Source of the DNA: Candidatus Velthaea sp.
GTDB taxonomy: Bacteria > Vulcanimicrobiota > Vulcanimicrobiia > Vulcanimicrobiales > Vulcanimicrobiaceae
NCBI GenBank assembly: GCA_965214935.1
Contig: CBDCCS010000018.1
Coordinates: forward strand, 224,001-288,000
Reading direction: 5' to 3'
DNA length: 64,000 nucleotides
Below the pieces are notes generated by a model, which saw nothing but the letters and a program-made list of their open reading frames with translations, searched no databases and was not told where the DNA came from. Positions 9,218 to 19,379 of this stretch are shown piece by piece; position 1 is the stretch's first letter; the number at the start of each line of letters is the position of its first letter. Made by a program: the position numbers and the translations under genes.

Positions 9218-11047
9218 ATGACTCTTTCGCCCGTCGACTGGGTCATCATGGTCGTCTATTTCGGATTTGTACTCGGCATCGGGTTCATGCTGAGCCGGAA
9301 AACGACGGACAGCCAGCAATTTTTTATGGCCGGCCGCGCGGTCCCGTTATGGATTTGCGGCTTAGCTTTCGTGTGCGCCAACCTCGGCGCGCAAGAAGTC
9401 ATCGGTATGGCGGCTTCGGGTGCGAAATACGGGATACTCACCGCGCACTTCTATTGGCTCGGTGCGATCCCCGCGATGGTGTTCGTCGGCGTGTTCATGA
9501 TGCCGTTCTATTACGGATCGAAAGCCCGCTCCGTACCGGAGTATCTCAAGCTGCGGTTCGACGAGAAAACGCGGGCGCTCAATGCGATCACCTTCACGGT
9601 GATGACGGTATTTTCATCCGGTATCTCGATGTACGCCATGGCGCAGTTGCTCATTTCGATGCATGTGTTCGACGCGGCGTTCGCCGCCATGAACATTCCG
9701 CTGCACTATATTTTTGACGTATCGGTCGTTATCTCGGCAATTATCGTGTTGGCGTACATTTTGGCCGGCGGACTGCGCAGCGCAATGTACAATGAAGTCT
9801 TACAGTTCTTCCTTATCGTCGCTGGTTTCTTTCCGCTCGTCTTCCTCGGACTCAAGGCCAGCGGCGGTTGGCACGGGATCGCGCAAACGTTGCCGCCCGC
9901 CTTCACGCATACATGGCACGGCTTGCAATCGCCCGATACAAACTTACTCGGCGTCGACTCGTTCGGTCTCGTGATGGGTTTGGGCTTTGTCCTGTCGTTT
10001 GGCTATTGGTGCACCGATTATCTGATCGTTCAACGTGCGATGGCGGCCGACTCGATGCTCGACGCGCGTCGTACGCCGCTCGTCGCCGCATTCCCGAAGA
10101 TGCTCTTTCCGTTTTTAGTGATATTGCCGGGGCTCATTGCGCTTGCCGCGCCGAAGACCGAGGCGATGCTGCGCGCTCATCCGACCGTCATCGCGTCGAC
10201 GACGGAAGCCGGAACGAAAGCCGGCGTCGCCGCGGCACTCGCGTACGGCGGCAACGGCATCATTCCGCAGCAGACCACGACCGACGGCAAACCTGTCACC
10301 AACAAAGACGGTAAGCCGGTTCTCAATTACAATTTAGTTATTCCGGCGCTGCTCTCAACGTACTTTCCGACCGGTTTGCTGGGCTTGGGAATTACGGCGC
10401 TGTTGGCAAGCTTCATGTCCGGCATGGCAGGTAACGTCACCGCGTTCAATACGGTGTGGACGCGCGATATCTACGAGCCGTATATCAAAAAAAATGCATC
10501 CGACAAGCATTATTTGCAGATGGGTCGGATTGCGACGGTCGTCGGCATCGCGCTTTCGATCGTGACGGCATATATGGCCGCGCAGTTCAACAACATCATG
10601 GACGCTTTGCAGCTCGTGTTCGCGTTCGTAAACGCACCGCTGTTCGCCACATTCTTGCTCGGCCAATTTTGGAAACGCACGACCGGACACGGTGCGTTTT
10701 GGGGTCTACTTGCCGGCACGGCCGCGGCGGCATTGCACCACGGACTAACCTTGCCGCAGGGCGATCCAACGGGCCTCAAAGGTGGATTTCTCGCCGTTCT
10801 CCACACCTATCCCAGCGAGATGGCTCAAAACTTCTATACGGCGATTTATGCCTTCTCCGCGTGTCTCGTGATAACCGCGGTCATCAGCGTCTTGACCCGG
10901 CCGCGGCCGGATAGCGAACTCGTCGGTTTAGTCTATTCGCTCACCAAACGTCAGAACGATTCGGCCGTGTCTTGGTACACACGTCCGGCGTTTCTCGGAG
11001 GACTCGTTATCGTGTGCTGCATCGGCCTCAACGTAGCGTTCCGGTAA
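9218..11047 (+). CDS. Sodium:solute symporter, probably sugar/polyol
   Basis: FFMAGR, NLGAQEVIG, SVPEYLKLRFD, YWCTDYLIVQRAMAA, LLASFMSG; many TM helices. Confidence 0.93.
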   Translation: MTLSPVDWVIMVVYFGFVLGIGFMLSRKTTDSQQFFMAGRAVPLWICGLAFVCANLGAQEVIGMAASGAKYGILTAHFYWLGAIPAMVFVGVFMMPFYYGSKARSVPEYLKLRFDEKTRALNAITFTVMTVFSSGISMYAMAQLLISMHVFDAAFAAMNIPLHYIFDVSVVISAIIVLAYILAGGLRSAMYNEVLQFFLIVAGFFPLVFLGLKASGGWHGIAQTLPPAFTHTWHGLQSPDTNLLGVDSFGLVMGLGFVLSFGYWCTDYLIVQRAMAADSMLDARRTPLVAAFPKMLFPFLVILPGLIALAAPKTEAMLRAHPTVIASTTEAGTKAGVAAALAYGGNGIIPQQTTTDGKPVTNKDGKPVLNYNLVIPALLSTYFPTGLLGLGITALLASFMSGMAGNVTAFNTVWTRDIYEPYIKKNASDKHYLQMGRIATVVGIALSIVTAYMAAQFNNIMDALQLVFAFVNAPLFATFLLGQFWKRTTGHGAFWGLLAGTAAAALHHGLTLPQGDPTGLKGGFLAVLHTYPSEMAQNFYTAIYAFSACLVITAVISVLTRPRPDSELVGLVYSLTKRQNDSAVSWYTRPAFLGGLVIVCCIGLNVAFR

Positions 11048-11053
11048 ACGCGC

Positions 11054-11353
11054 ATGGATCTCGATCTGCGCGTTCCGGTCGGTTTACTGTTTATTACCTT
11101 AGGTCTCATTATGGGGATCTTCGGCCTGACGAGCGATCCGGGGATTTACCATAAATCACTCGGTATCAACGTGAATCTCTTCTGGGGTCTAACTCAACTA
11201 ATCTTCGGATCGTTGATGCTGACGTTCGGCCGGTCCGCGCGGCAAGAAGCGCCCGCAGCGTCAACGGCCAAGGGCGCCGTTGCGCCCGATCGCGCGATTA
11301 CGACTCGTCACGATGCGCCGCCGAAAGCAAAAACGCCGGTTCATCGCGGCTGA
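11054..11353 (+). CDS. Small 2-TM protein associated with the symporter
   Basis: MDLDLRVPVGLLF...GINVNLFWG. Starts 6 nt after the symporter. Confidence 0.8.
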   Translation: MDLDLRVPVGLLFITLGLIMGIFGLTSDPGIYHKSLGINVNLFWGLTQLIFGSLMLTFGRSARQEAPAASTAKGAVAPDRAITTRHDAPPKAKTPVHRG

Positions 11354-11363
11354 CGTCGCCGTT

Positions 11364-11387
11364 ACGCCCGGTTAGTACGCCGGGCGT
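11364..11387. terminator. Hairpin between convergent genes
   Basis: ACGCCCGG-ttagtacg-CCGGGCGT, 8-bp perfect stem. Confidence 0.45.
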
Positions 11388-11408
11388 CGTCAACGATATC
11401 TCTGTAGC

Positions 11409-11816
11409 TTAAGCTTCGACGATGGTTACTGGCAATAGCGCCGCAAGTTCGTCGGGCGTGTACATGCGCGAGCGGGTTAAGAACCGGACGCCCTCGCCGT
11501 TCTCTAGAGAGAACATACCGCCACGTCCGGGTACGACATCGATGATCAGCTTCGTGTGCTGCCAGTAGGCAAACTGCGCGGCGCTCATGTAAAACGGAGC
11601 GCCCGCGATCGATCCGAGTTGCACGTCGGAACTGCCTAAGAGCAGGTCCCCAACCGGATAGCACATCGGGCTGCTGCCGTCACAGCAGCCGCCCGATTGA
11701 TGGAACATAACGGGGCCATGCCGTTCCCGCAGGCGGTCGATCAGCTCGACCGCTGCAGGAGTTGCATCGACGCGGCTTGCGCTTGCGCAAGCCGCTCCGA
11801 AACTAAAAGAATCCAA
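11409..11816 (-). CDS. DUF779 family protein (aldehyde-dehydrogenase associated)
   Basis: [17 protein letters not shown] and GRGGMFSLE...RFLTRSR. Start codon uncertain (TTG overlapping the upstream gene). Confidence 0.9.
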   Translation of the reverse strand: MDSFSFGAACASASRVDATPAAVELIDRLRERHGPVMFHQSGGCCDGSSPMCYPVGDLLLGSSDVQLGSIAGAPFYMSAAQFAYWQHTKLIIDVVPGRGGMFSLENGEGVRFLTRSRMYTPDELAALLPVTIVEA

Positions 11817-13344
11817 GTTTGTTGGGGCTATAACTCACCAGAACATTCTTGGTCTGCTGATAGTGATCGAGCATCATCTTATGATTCTCACGTCCGATAC
11901 CTGACTGCTTGTATCCGCCGAACGCGGCGTGAGCCGGATACAGATGATAGCAGTTGGTCCAAACGCGTCCGGCTTGGATGCCGCGGCCCATGCGATAGCA
12001 CGTGTTCGCATCGCGCGACCAGACGCCGGCGCCTAAGCCGTAGAGCGTGTCGTTGGCAATCGCAAGCGCGTCAGCCTCGTCTTTGAATGACGTAACGCTG
12101 ACGACCGGCCCGAAGATTTCCTCTTGGAAAACGCGCATTGAATTTTTGCCTTCGAAGATGGTCGGCTCAACGTAATATCCATCTTTGAATGCGCCGTCGA
12201 GTTCGTTACGCTTGCCGCCCGTCAGAACTTTTGCGCCTTCTTGTCCGCCGATATCGAAATACGACAGAATCTTCTCGAGCTGTTCGCTCGATGCTTGCGC
12301 GCCGATCATCGTCGACATGTCGAGCGGATTGCCTTGCTTTATCGCTTTGACGCGCGCCAGTGCCCGCTCCATAAAGCGATCGTAGATCGATTCTTGGATC
12401 AGCGCGCGAGAGGGACACGTGCAAACTTCGCCTTGATTGAGGGCGAACATCGTGAAGCCTTCGAGTGCTTTATCGAAAAACGCGTCATCTTGTTCCATGA
12501 CGTCGGCAAAGAAGATGTTGGGCGACTTGCCGCCGAGTTCAAGCGTCACCGGAATGAGATTCTGCGAAGCATACTGCATGATCAACCGGCCGGTGGTTGT
12601 TTCGCCCGTAAACGCAATCTTCGCGATGCGCTTGTTCGACGCTAACGGTTTGCCGGCTTCGAGACCGAAGCCCTGAACGATATTTAGGACGCCCGGCGGA
12701 AGAAGATCGGCGATCATCTCCATGAAGACCATGATCGATGCCGGCGTTTGTTCGGCCGGCTTGAGCACGACGCAGTTGCCGGCAGCCAGCGCTGGCGCGA
12801 GTTTCCAGACCGCCATGAGAATCGGAAAATTCCAGGGAATAATTTGACCGACGACGCCCAGCGGTTCGTGGAAATGGTAGGCGACGGTCTCGTTGTCGAC
12901 TTGACTGATCCCGCCTTCTTGCGCGCGGATGCAGCCGGCAAAATAGCGGAAATGATCGATCGCCAGCGGGATGTCGGCAAGCGTCGTCTCGCGGATCGGC
13001 TTGCCGTTGTCGATCGTTTCCGCGAGCGCCAACACCGACAGCTTTTGCTCCATCCGGTCGGCAATCTTATTGAGAATGATCGCACGTTCGGTACCGGATG
13101 TCCGGCCCCACGCTTCGCGAGCAGCATGCGCGGCATCGAGCGCAAGCTCGATATCGGCGGCCGATGAACGCGCAACTTCCGTGAACGGCTGGCCGATAAC
13201 GGGGCTCACATTAGGAAAATAGCGGCCTTCGGTCGGCGGCACGAATTTTCCACCGATAAAATTATCATAGCGACGACGAAACGGATTCTCGATTCCGAGT
13301 TTTGCTAAGTCGTAAAGTGTCTCGACCTCTAAAACTGCACTCAT
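11803..13344 (-). CDS. aldB: NAD-dependent aldehyde dehydrogenase (AldB/AcoD type)
   Basis: [71 protein letters not shown] before MSAVLEV. Confidence 0.93.
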   Translation of the reverse strand: MSAVLEVETLYDLAKLGIENPFRRRYDNFIGGKFVPPTEGRYFPNVSPVIGQPFTEVARSSAADIELALDAAHAAREAWGRTSGTERAIILNKIADRMEQKLSVLALAETIDNGKPIRETTLADIPLAIDHFRYFAGCIRAQEGGISQVDNETVAYHFHEPLGVVGQIIPWNFPILMAVWKLAPALAAGNCVVLKPAEQTPASIMVFMEMIADLLPPGVLNIVQGFGLEAGKPLASNKRIAKIAFTGETTTGRLIMQYASQNLIPVTLELGGKSPNIFFADVMEQDDAFFDKALEGFTMFALNQGEVCTCPSRALIQESIYDRFMERALARVKAIKQGNPLDMSTMIGAQASSEQLEKILSYFDIGGQEGAKVLTGGKRNELDGAFKDGYYVEPTIFEGKNSMRVFQEEIFGPVVSVTSFKDEADALAIANDTLYGLGAGVWSRDANTCYRMGRGIQAGRVWTNCYHLYPAHAAFGGYKQSGIGRENHKMMLDHYQQTKNVLVSYSPNKLGFF

Positions 13345-13546
13345 GCGTACCTCCAGAGCTGGGCAAGAACATCCCCGGTGCCCCACTGCATTGTAGCGGA
13401 CTTGCGCCGGCGAGCCTATTGTACCAAAGTATAAGTGTCTTGAAGCACGGCGTTTGTCAATGCACCCCGCGATTTGCTGCGCGACCTCGGCCGGCTGCAC
13501 GCAACGGACCCGCGGGCCTCGCCGCTCCCGTGTCTCATCAAGCTAA

Positions 13547-14653
13547 TTGCGTTTCGGCGTGATAACGCAACAAACGGGACGTGGCTTGCGCTCGAAGCCT
13601 CGTGCGCAAAGATGCGCGCTTCTCGGCTTGGCGTTCAGCGTCACGCTCGCGTTCGCCAGCATCTCGTCTCCGGCTGCAGCGCATGAAAAGTGGTTCATCG
13701 ACGCAGGCGGACATCGACTCCGATGGGACCTGCTGTTTTCGGCCGTTGCCGTTAAGTTTAGCCGGGATCGTGCTCGTCGTTACGCTCGCTGCGTTCATTG
13801 TTTGGCGCCTGCGCGACGAGCGGAGTTTTTTGCCGGGGCCGTCTGCATTTGGAGCGACGTTCGAAAGTAAAAGCCTTCTTTATCGCCTGCTGCCATTGAT
13901 TATCGGCATACATTTTGCCGTTCCGCTACTCGTTGACGGAACGCACACGCGGCTTTTTTCGCCGAACGACAGAATGACCGGTCTGCCTGCGTTTATCGCC
14001 GGCCTGAGCGAAACATTTATTGCACTGTCGTTTTTCTTCGGCGGTCTCACGCGTGTTAGCGCGGCACTTCTCGCAGTTCTTTGGGTCAGCGGCTTCTGGA
14101 TCGTCGGCGCGGAGAACACACTTGAAAACTCGGTGTATCTCGGTGCTGCCGTCTTTTTCTTCATGGCCGGGCGCGGCCCGGTTGCCATCGACCGCATACT
14201 ATTTCCGAAGCTCGAACCGCCGCCGTCACTTGCGCGCAACGCAATGATCCCGTTGCGGATCGGGCTCGGCGCCAGCCTGACCGTCGTTGCCTTCACCGAG
14301 AAGCTTGCGAATCAACCGCTGGCACTCGACTTTTTGAAAACGCATCCGTTAAACTTCACCGCGGCCCTAGGCCTGCCGATCTCAGACGAGTTATTCGTGC
14401 TTGCCGCGGGATGCGTTGAGCTACTTGTTGGTTTGTGGATTCTGCTCGGTATTTTCAACCGTGAGATTGTCATCTTCGCGCTGTTGCCGTTCAATCTCAC
14501 TTAAGCGTGTTTAACGAGACGGAACTTGTCGGCCACTTACCATTTTATGGGATCTTAGCAGCTTTGCTGGTGTGGGAAGCCGGAAACACAAACCGGCGCG
14601 AGTGGCTGCGTGGGCTTTCGAGCGCGGGGCTCGCGACGAGCACCGATGAATGA
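13547..14653 (+). pseudogene. DoxX-like integral membrane protein with two frameshifts
   Basis: Signal plus HEKWF in one frame. Shift at the T-run 13736-13739 to the TM body (AFTEKLANQP...GCVEL). Second shift at about 14500 to LSVFNETELVGHLPFYG...TDE*. May be a sequencing artefact. Confidence 0.75.
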
Positions 14654-15226
14654 CGCGCCGGCGACCGTGCTTCCGCTTCTTGCCGACTTGCTGGCGGAAG
14701 CCCTCGACATCGTCTTCGTCGGGATAAATCCATCGATATACGCGGCTTCACGCGGACACTATTTTGCGCGCCCGACAAATCGATTCTGGCCCTGCTTGTC
14801 GCGCTCGACACTTAGCGGCGACGCACGTGCCGGCCTCGGTGTGCGCAAGCTCGGACCCGAGCACGATGCAGCGCTACTCCGTTACGGCATCGGCTTTACC
14901 GATGTTGTCAAACGCCCGACGATCCGGGCGGCGCAAGTAACGCCCGCCGAGTTCGCGGCCGGTGTGAGTGTGCTCGTCGAGAAGCTCGAGCGCTATATCC
15001 GCGAATCGCTTGTTTCCACGGCATCACCGGCTATCGTCACGTGCATCGCATGCTCGGTGCGACGGACGCGACCGTCGTTCTCGGTCTTCAACCTCTGCGC
15101 ATCGGAACGACGCACTTGTATCTTGTTCCCAATCCGAGCGGTGCAAATGCGCACGTAACGCCGGCGGAGCAAACACGCTGGTACGACCGGCTTGCCCGAT
15201 GCCGTTCATCGCTATGGTTGCGTTAG
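14646..15226 (+). pseudogene. mug: Mismatch-specific uracil-DNA glycosylase with one frameshift
   Basis: VFVGINPS, GHYFARPTNRFW, GIGFTDVVKRPT. After a -1 shift at about 14998 it continues PRIACFHG...VPNPSGANAH. Confidence 0.8.
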
Positions 15227-17290
15227 CCACCAGCCTCGAGCACGAACGGGATGCGGTTGACGCGGCGGCTCGACCGGCCGGACCAGCGCGCGAGCGCGCG
15301 CTTCACCGACTGTCGCCCGCAGCGCATTGGCGATCCGCTGATGTTCGGCAATCTGCTTTGTATTGAGACGAAATGCAGAACCGGTTACGCGTCGTGGAGC
15401 CGTACGCGTGAGGTGACTGTGTCGCGGTGCGACCGGTGCGGTATCTCGGGCAACGTTGAAACTTCCGCTAACGACGGGTGCGCCAAGGCGGACGAGTGCC
15501 GTGCGGGCGCCGCTTGGCGCGCGGGTCATCGACTGCGCTTTGGTAACCCCGGAAACCGCACGGGTTTGCAGGTACGCGACAATAAATTGCCGGCGCTCGT
15601 TCGCGGTCAGTTGGGCGAGGAGAGGCTCGAGATATTGGTCCTGCGGCTCGATAAGGGGCCGTTGATCGCGCCGCATTGCAATAGCCGGACGTTCGCGTTG
15701 CGGGGATAGCGCGGCGGCGCGCTTAACGATAATGCCGCGGTAACCGGCGTTGACCGCGTCGTGACCGATGGCGATCTCGCCCCAAATCATCGAGACGCCG
15801 GCCGGGAAGCGCAGCGTTAACAGCGTGCCGTCGGCAAGCGACGTCGCCGTCCAACTTGCACCGGCACCGTTTGCATGCACCGTCGAGCCGCTCACGACCG
15901 GGTGCCGTCCGGCCGAAATCGGGAGCAAGAATTGCATCAGACCCGAGCTGACGAAGGCGTGCTGGTCCTGACTGCAACCACCTTCGTCGCCGTGCGTACG
16001 CCCGAAGAACGCCCAGCTCTCGCTAACGTTTGTCGTGCGCGCCGGTATTTGTGCCGCCATGCCGAGAACGGGGTGCAGTTCTGCATGCGCTCCATGTTTG
16101 TTATCGATGCCGATAACGCCGGTAACGATCGCGTTCGTGCCGGCGTCGCCGCCGAGCATTCCGCGCGCCTGCGCCCATGAGTCGTCGGCGTCAACGGCGC
16201 TATGAAACGACGACCACCACGGCGTGTCGAAACGATCGATTGTCTCATCGCTATCGAATTCGAGCCCCAGCGCGCGATCGCGGCCGTTAGCGAATGTCTC
16301 GTTACCGGTTGTGGCCGACGCTTGGTCGGAGCGCTGTAAGGACAGATCGTAATCGTCGTCGCCCGTACCGCTGGGTATCGGCTTCGAATGATCGGTGAAG
16401 AGCAGCGTCCCGGTGTAGGTGGCCAATCCCCAATTAATATGCCCGTGAACGGCGCCCGAAACGCCGCCCGAGAGTTGGCAGACGGTGTAGAACGCCGGAT
16501 CGCTCCAGAAGCTCGGTTCGTCGACCGTCGGCTGCTGCGTCGTGCAGGCCGGGCTGCCGAGCTTAAGGGCGTCGTCTTCGTCGTGGAAATTTGCACATAA
16601 CGTCGCTGCGTCGGGTGTGCTGCCGTTCGGGCTGCGATCGGAGCCGACTTGCGCGCCCCACAGTGGATTGAGCGGCAGCAAATTATCATCGATGTTGTCC
16701 CACCACAAATCCATCGGTGCTCGCGGTAACGCCGGCGGTACCGGCTGCCCATGTTCGATCGTTATGTCGATGTAGGCGTTGCCGACGTTCTTACATTGAT
16801 CGCTCGTACCGTCATCATGACCCCAATAGCCGTTGTCTCCATAGTCGTCGTCATCGTAGCCGATGTGGAGAATCAGTTCGGCTGGGTCGGTTCCCGCCGG
16901 AACGTTCGCGACATGTAACGGCGAGCGGGCCATGACGCCCTTCAATCGCTCGAGCCCGGCGGTTGCAGTCGGAACGGAAATTAAGCCGTGGTACAAGCGA
17001 TCGCTGTTGTCGTCTCTGGGATCGACATACAGTTTCCAAGTATTTCCCGAACCGCCCGTTTGGACGCACCCGCCGGCCGAGACGAAAACCGTGTCACCCG
17101 GCGTAAAACGCACCTGAGGAACGGGCGTGTCATGCGCGCGCACCTCCGGGTTCGCGATGTGAACGTGCACCGTCGTCCCGTTCGTGGAGATCATCGGGTC
17201 ATCGGCGCCGGCCGGACCGGGCCGAACGAAAAGACCGGCGGCGATAACGGTCGCCGCAACTCCGCAGGCGATCAGGCGCAAAGGCGACAT
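15212..17290 (-). CDS. Secreted multidomain hypothetical protein (692 aa)
   Basis: Signal peptide (..PGPAGA-DD), several Cys, Asp-rich motifs (GYDDDDYGDNG; GDDDYDL), DNKHGAHAELHPV. Confidence 0.8.
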   Translation of the reverse strand: MSPLRLIACGVAATVIAAGLFVRPGPAGADDPMISTNGTTVHVHIANPEVRAHDTPVPQVRFTPGDTVFVSAGGCVQTGGSGNTWKLYVDPRDDNSDRLYHGLISVPTATAGLERLKGVMARSPLHVANVPAGTDPAELILHIGYDDDDYGDNGYWGHDDGTSDQCKNVGNAYIDITIEHGQPVPPALPRAPMDLWWDNIDDNLLPLNPLWGAQVGSDRSPNGSTPDAATLCANFHDEDDALKLGSPACTTQQPTVDEPSFWSDPAFYTVCQLSGGVSGAVHGHINWGLATYTGTLLFTDHSKPIPSGTGDDDYDLSLQRSDQASATTGNETFANGRDRALGLEFDSDETIDRFDTPWWSSFHSAVDADDSWAQARGMLGGDAGTNAIVTGVIGIDNKHGAHAELHPVLGMAAQIPARTTNVSESWAFFGRTHGDEGGCSQDQHAFVSSGLMQFLLPISAGRHPVVSGSTVHANGAGASWTATSLADGTLLTLRFPAGVSMIWGEIAIGHDAVNAGYRGIIVKRAAALSPQRERPAIAMRRDQRPLIEPQDQYLEPLLAQLTANERRQFIVAYLQTRAVSGVTKAQSMTRAPSGARTALVRLGAPVVSGSFNVARDTAPVAPRHSHLTRTAPRRVTGSAFRLNTKQIAEHQRIANALRATVGEARARALVRPVEPPRQPHPVRARGWWLTQP

Positions 17291-17429
17291 TGAAACGCCC
17301 TTCTAGCGAAAAGAGGCTGAGCTCGCGTTCGCTTTCGCAAATCCGAGCGACGAGCCCCTCCGTCGTCACGTCCGCACCGGCTGGGCCCGCCGGCGAAACG
17401 TGCGTGCGCATTTTCCGGGCGCTCCTGAA

Positions 17430-17999
17430 TTAGTGCACGGTCGCGACGTCAGTACCGCGATCGCTTTCGCGAGCGACGTCAACGACGGTCGACAATAAGC
17501 CGGTCTCGACGTCGTACACGTGACCCGAGACTGCTACCTTCGAGCAAATCTCGCGACTGCGCAGCAAGCGTTCTACGTCCGTGCTAACGGTGCGCGCCGG
17601 ATCGAGGACGGGTCTGTCGGCCAGTGCGTGTTCGTCGACGCCCGCGCGTCGAGCAAAACCGTGACGGAACCTGTCATTCGCTAACAGCGCAGAGCCGCAA
17701 TCGGTGTGGTGAATGACTGCCACCTCGAACCACGGACCGTTCGGAAATTTGCTCTCGATTAAATAACTAATGTAGGCGATGTCTTCAATGACGCCGCGCG
17801 TTACCCGGCCGCCGACGACGCGTTGCACGATTGCGTCGCCCAACTCCAGCCCGAGAATGGCCGCCGGATCGACCCGGTAGTCGATGCAGGTAACGATGTA
17901 AAGGCTTTTGCGCGAGAACGGGATTGCCGGCGCTCGCCGCCGAGCGTCGGTCCGTGCGAACGCGCGATTGCGCTCGAGGAGGGTGGACATATTGCTCAT
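17430..17999 (-). CDS. Beta-class carbonic anhydrase
   Basis: Zn ligands TCIDYRVD and HHTDCG, GDAIVQRVVGGRV, GHVYDVETG. Confidence 0.88.
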   Translation of the reverse strand: MSNMSTLLERNRAFARTDARRRAPAIPFSRKSLYIVTCIDYRVDPAAILGLELGDAIVQRVVGGRVTRGVIEDIAYISYLIESKFPNGPWFEVAVIHHTDCGSALLANDRFRHGFARRAGVDEHALADRPVLDPARTVSTDVERLLRSREICSKVAVSGHVYDVETGLLSTVVDVARESDRGTDVATVH

Positions 18000-18055
18000 T
18001 TGTCGCGTTTGTTTACCTTTGTGTAACGGCGTTATTTGGTGCGCGTTCGCGCGAT

Positions 18056-18787
18056 TCAAGCAGCCGTCGCGGTAGCGTCGACGACGGCTACGACCGCGGC
18101 GTGAATGATGTCGGCGGTTTGCGCTGGATGCGAAACGGGGATCGCGTGCGATGATGCGACCTCGACGGTGTGCGAGCCGGCGCGGCGACTCATGAAGCGT
18201 AACGCCTCAATTGGGATCGAGTTGTCGGCGGTCGAAATAAGCGCCCACGACGGCAGCGAACGCCATGTGGCGACGTCGTCGAATGTCTCGTCGAGGGCAG
18301 CCGGATCGATCGGGTGCTGCGCAGCGGCCATGACGGCCGCAGTAGCGGCCTCCACGTCATTTGCATAGACGTCCGCGAAGCACTCCGGCCGCAGATATAA
18401 GTCGTTGCCGCCGGGATACGCGCGAACGACGACCGTCTCTGAATTGAGCTTGCTGCCCGCAAAGCGCGCGTTGAGTTCACCGGCGCTTTCACCCCGATCT
18501 TGTTGAAAGGCGGCAATGAAGACGAGTGCACCGACGGCGCCGCTTAGGGCGTCGGGACGCGAGATGATCGAACCGCCGTACGAGTGGCTCGCAACGACGA
18601 TCGGACCGTCGATCGTGGCGAGAACACTGCGCAAATAGGCGGCATCGCTTGCAAGGCCGCGCAACGGCATTGCAGGCGCGACGACGTTGTACGTCCGGTG
18701 TTGAAGTCGTGCGATGACAGCGTGCCAGACCGATGCGTCGGTGAGCGCGCCATGTACGAGTACGATCGTTGGAGTGGTGCGGGACAT
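18056..18787 (-). CDS. Alpha/beta hydrolase
   Basis: VLVHGAL, nucleophile elbow SHSYGG, D(NSIP) and SSHA catalytic positions. Confidence 0.9.
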   Translation of the reverse strand: MSRTTPTIVLVHGALTDASVWHAVIARLQHRTYNVVAPAMPLRGLASDAAYLRSVLATIDGPIVVASHSYGGSIISRPDALSGAVGALVFIAAFQQDRGESAGELNARFAGSKLNSETVVVRAYPGGNDLYLRPECFADVYANDVEAATAAVMAAAQHPIDPAALDETFDDVATWRSLPSWALISTADNSIPIEALRFMSRRAGSHTVEVASSHAIPVSHPAQTADIIHAAVVAVVDATATAA

Positions 18788-18842
18788 AGGTGTGCTTTCT
18801 TTCGGAGCGTTGTTCGATGCGAGCATTCGTGCGGGTGTGCCG

Positions 18843-19259
18843 TTACGAGAGTTCCGTTGCATAAGCGGCCACGGCCACCGCGATCTGTGCATCTTGCTCC
18901 GGAGTGCCGCCGGCAACGCCGACTGCGCCGACAACCGTTCCCTCGACAAGCAGCGGCGAGCCGCCGAGAATATTAGTCAGCTGTAAATCGGTTGCCAACG
19001 GCAGCGGCAACGCAAGATTAGCGCCCATCCACCCCGTTGGCCGGCGCGTCGAGGCAGCGGTGTTGGCTTTGCGCCGGCTGCTGTCGACGCTGTGCGGTGT
19101 GGCGCCGTCGGCTTTAGCGAACGCGATAAGATTCATCGAGGGATCGACGATCGTCACCGAGGCCGGAACGCCGCGTTTTTCGCCTTCGGCGATACCGCGC
19201 GCCACGACGGCAAGCGCCGTTTGAAGTGTGACAACCGATAGCTGACGGGTGATGGGCAT
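18843..19259 (-). CDS. GlcG/HbpS heme-binding family protein
   Basis: SVTIVD, SRRKANTAA, GGSPL...VGAVGVAGGTPEQDAQIA. Confidence 0.9.
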   Translation of the reverse strand: MPITRQLSVVTLQTALAVVARGIAEGEKRGVPASVTIVDPSMNLIAFAKADGATPHSVDSSRRKANTAASTRRPTGWMGANLALPLPLATDLQLTNILGGSPLLVEGTVVGAVGVAGGTPEQDAQIAVAVAAYATELS

Positions 19260-19379
19260 GTACAGATCCTTCACGACTCGGGTGGCGACGGGCCCTCAGG
19301 TGGCTCGTCAGCCATAGTTTGCGCTGATTCTCGACGAGCCGTGAGTGGCCGTATTGCCAACATGCGGTAGAATTGTGCC

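Noticed and set aside
13736..15000. Programmed ribosomal frameshifting as the explanation for the DoxX-like and mug breaks
   Set aside because: No X-XXY-YYZ slippery heptamers at the junctions, and shifts occur in both directions; error or decay is more parsimonious
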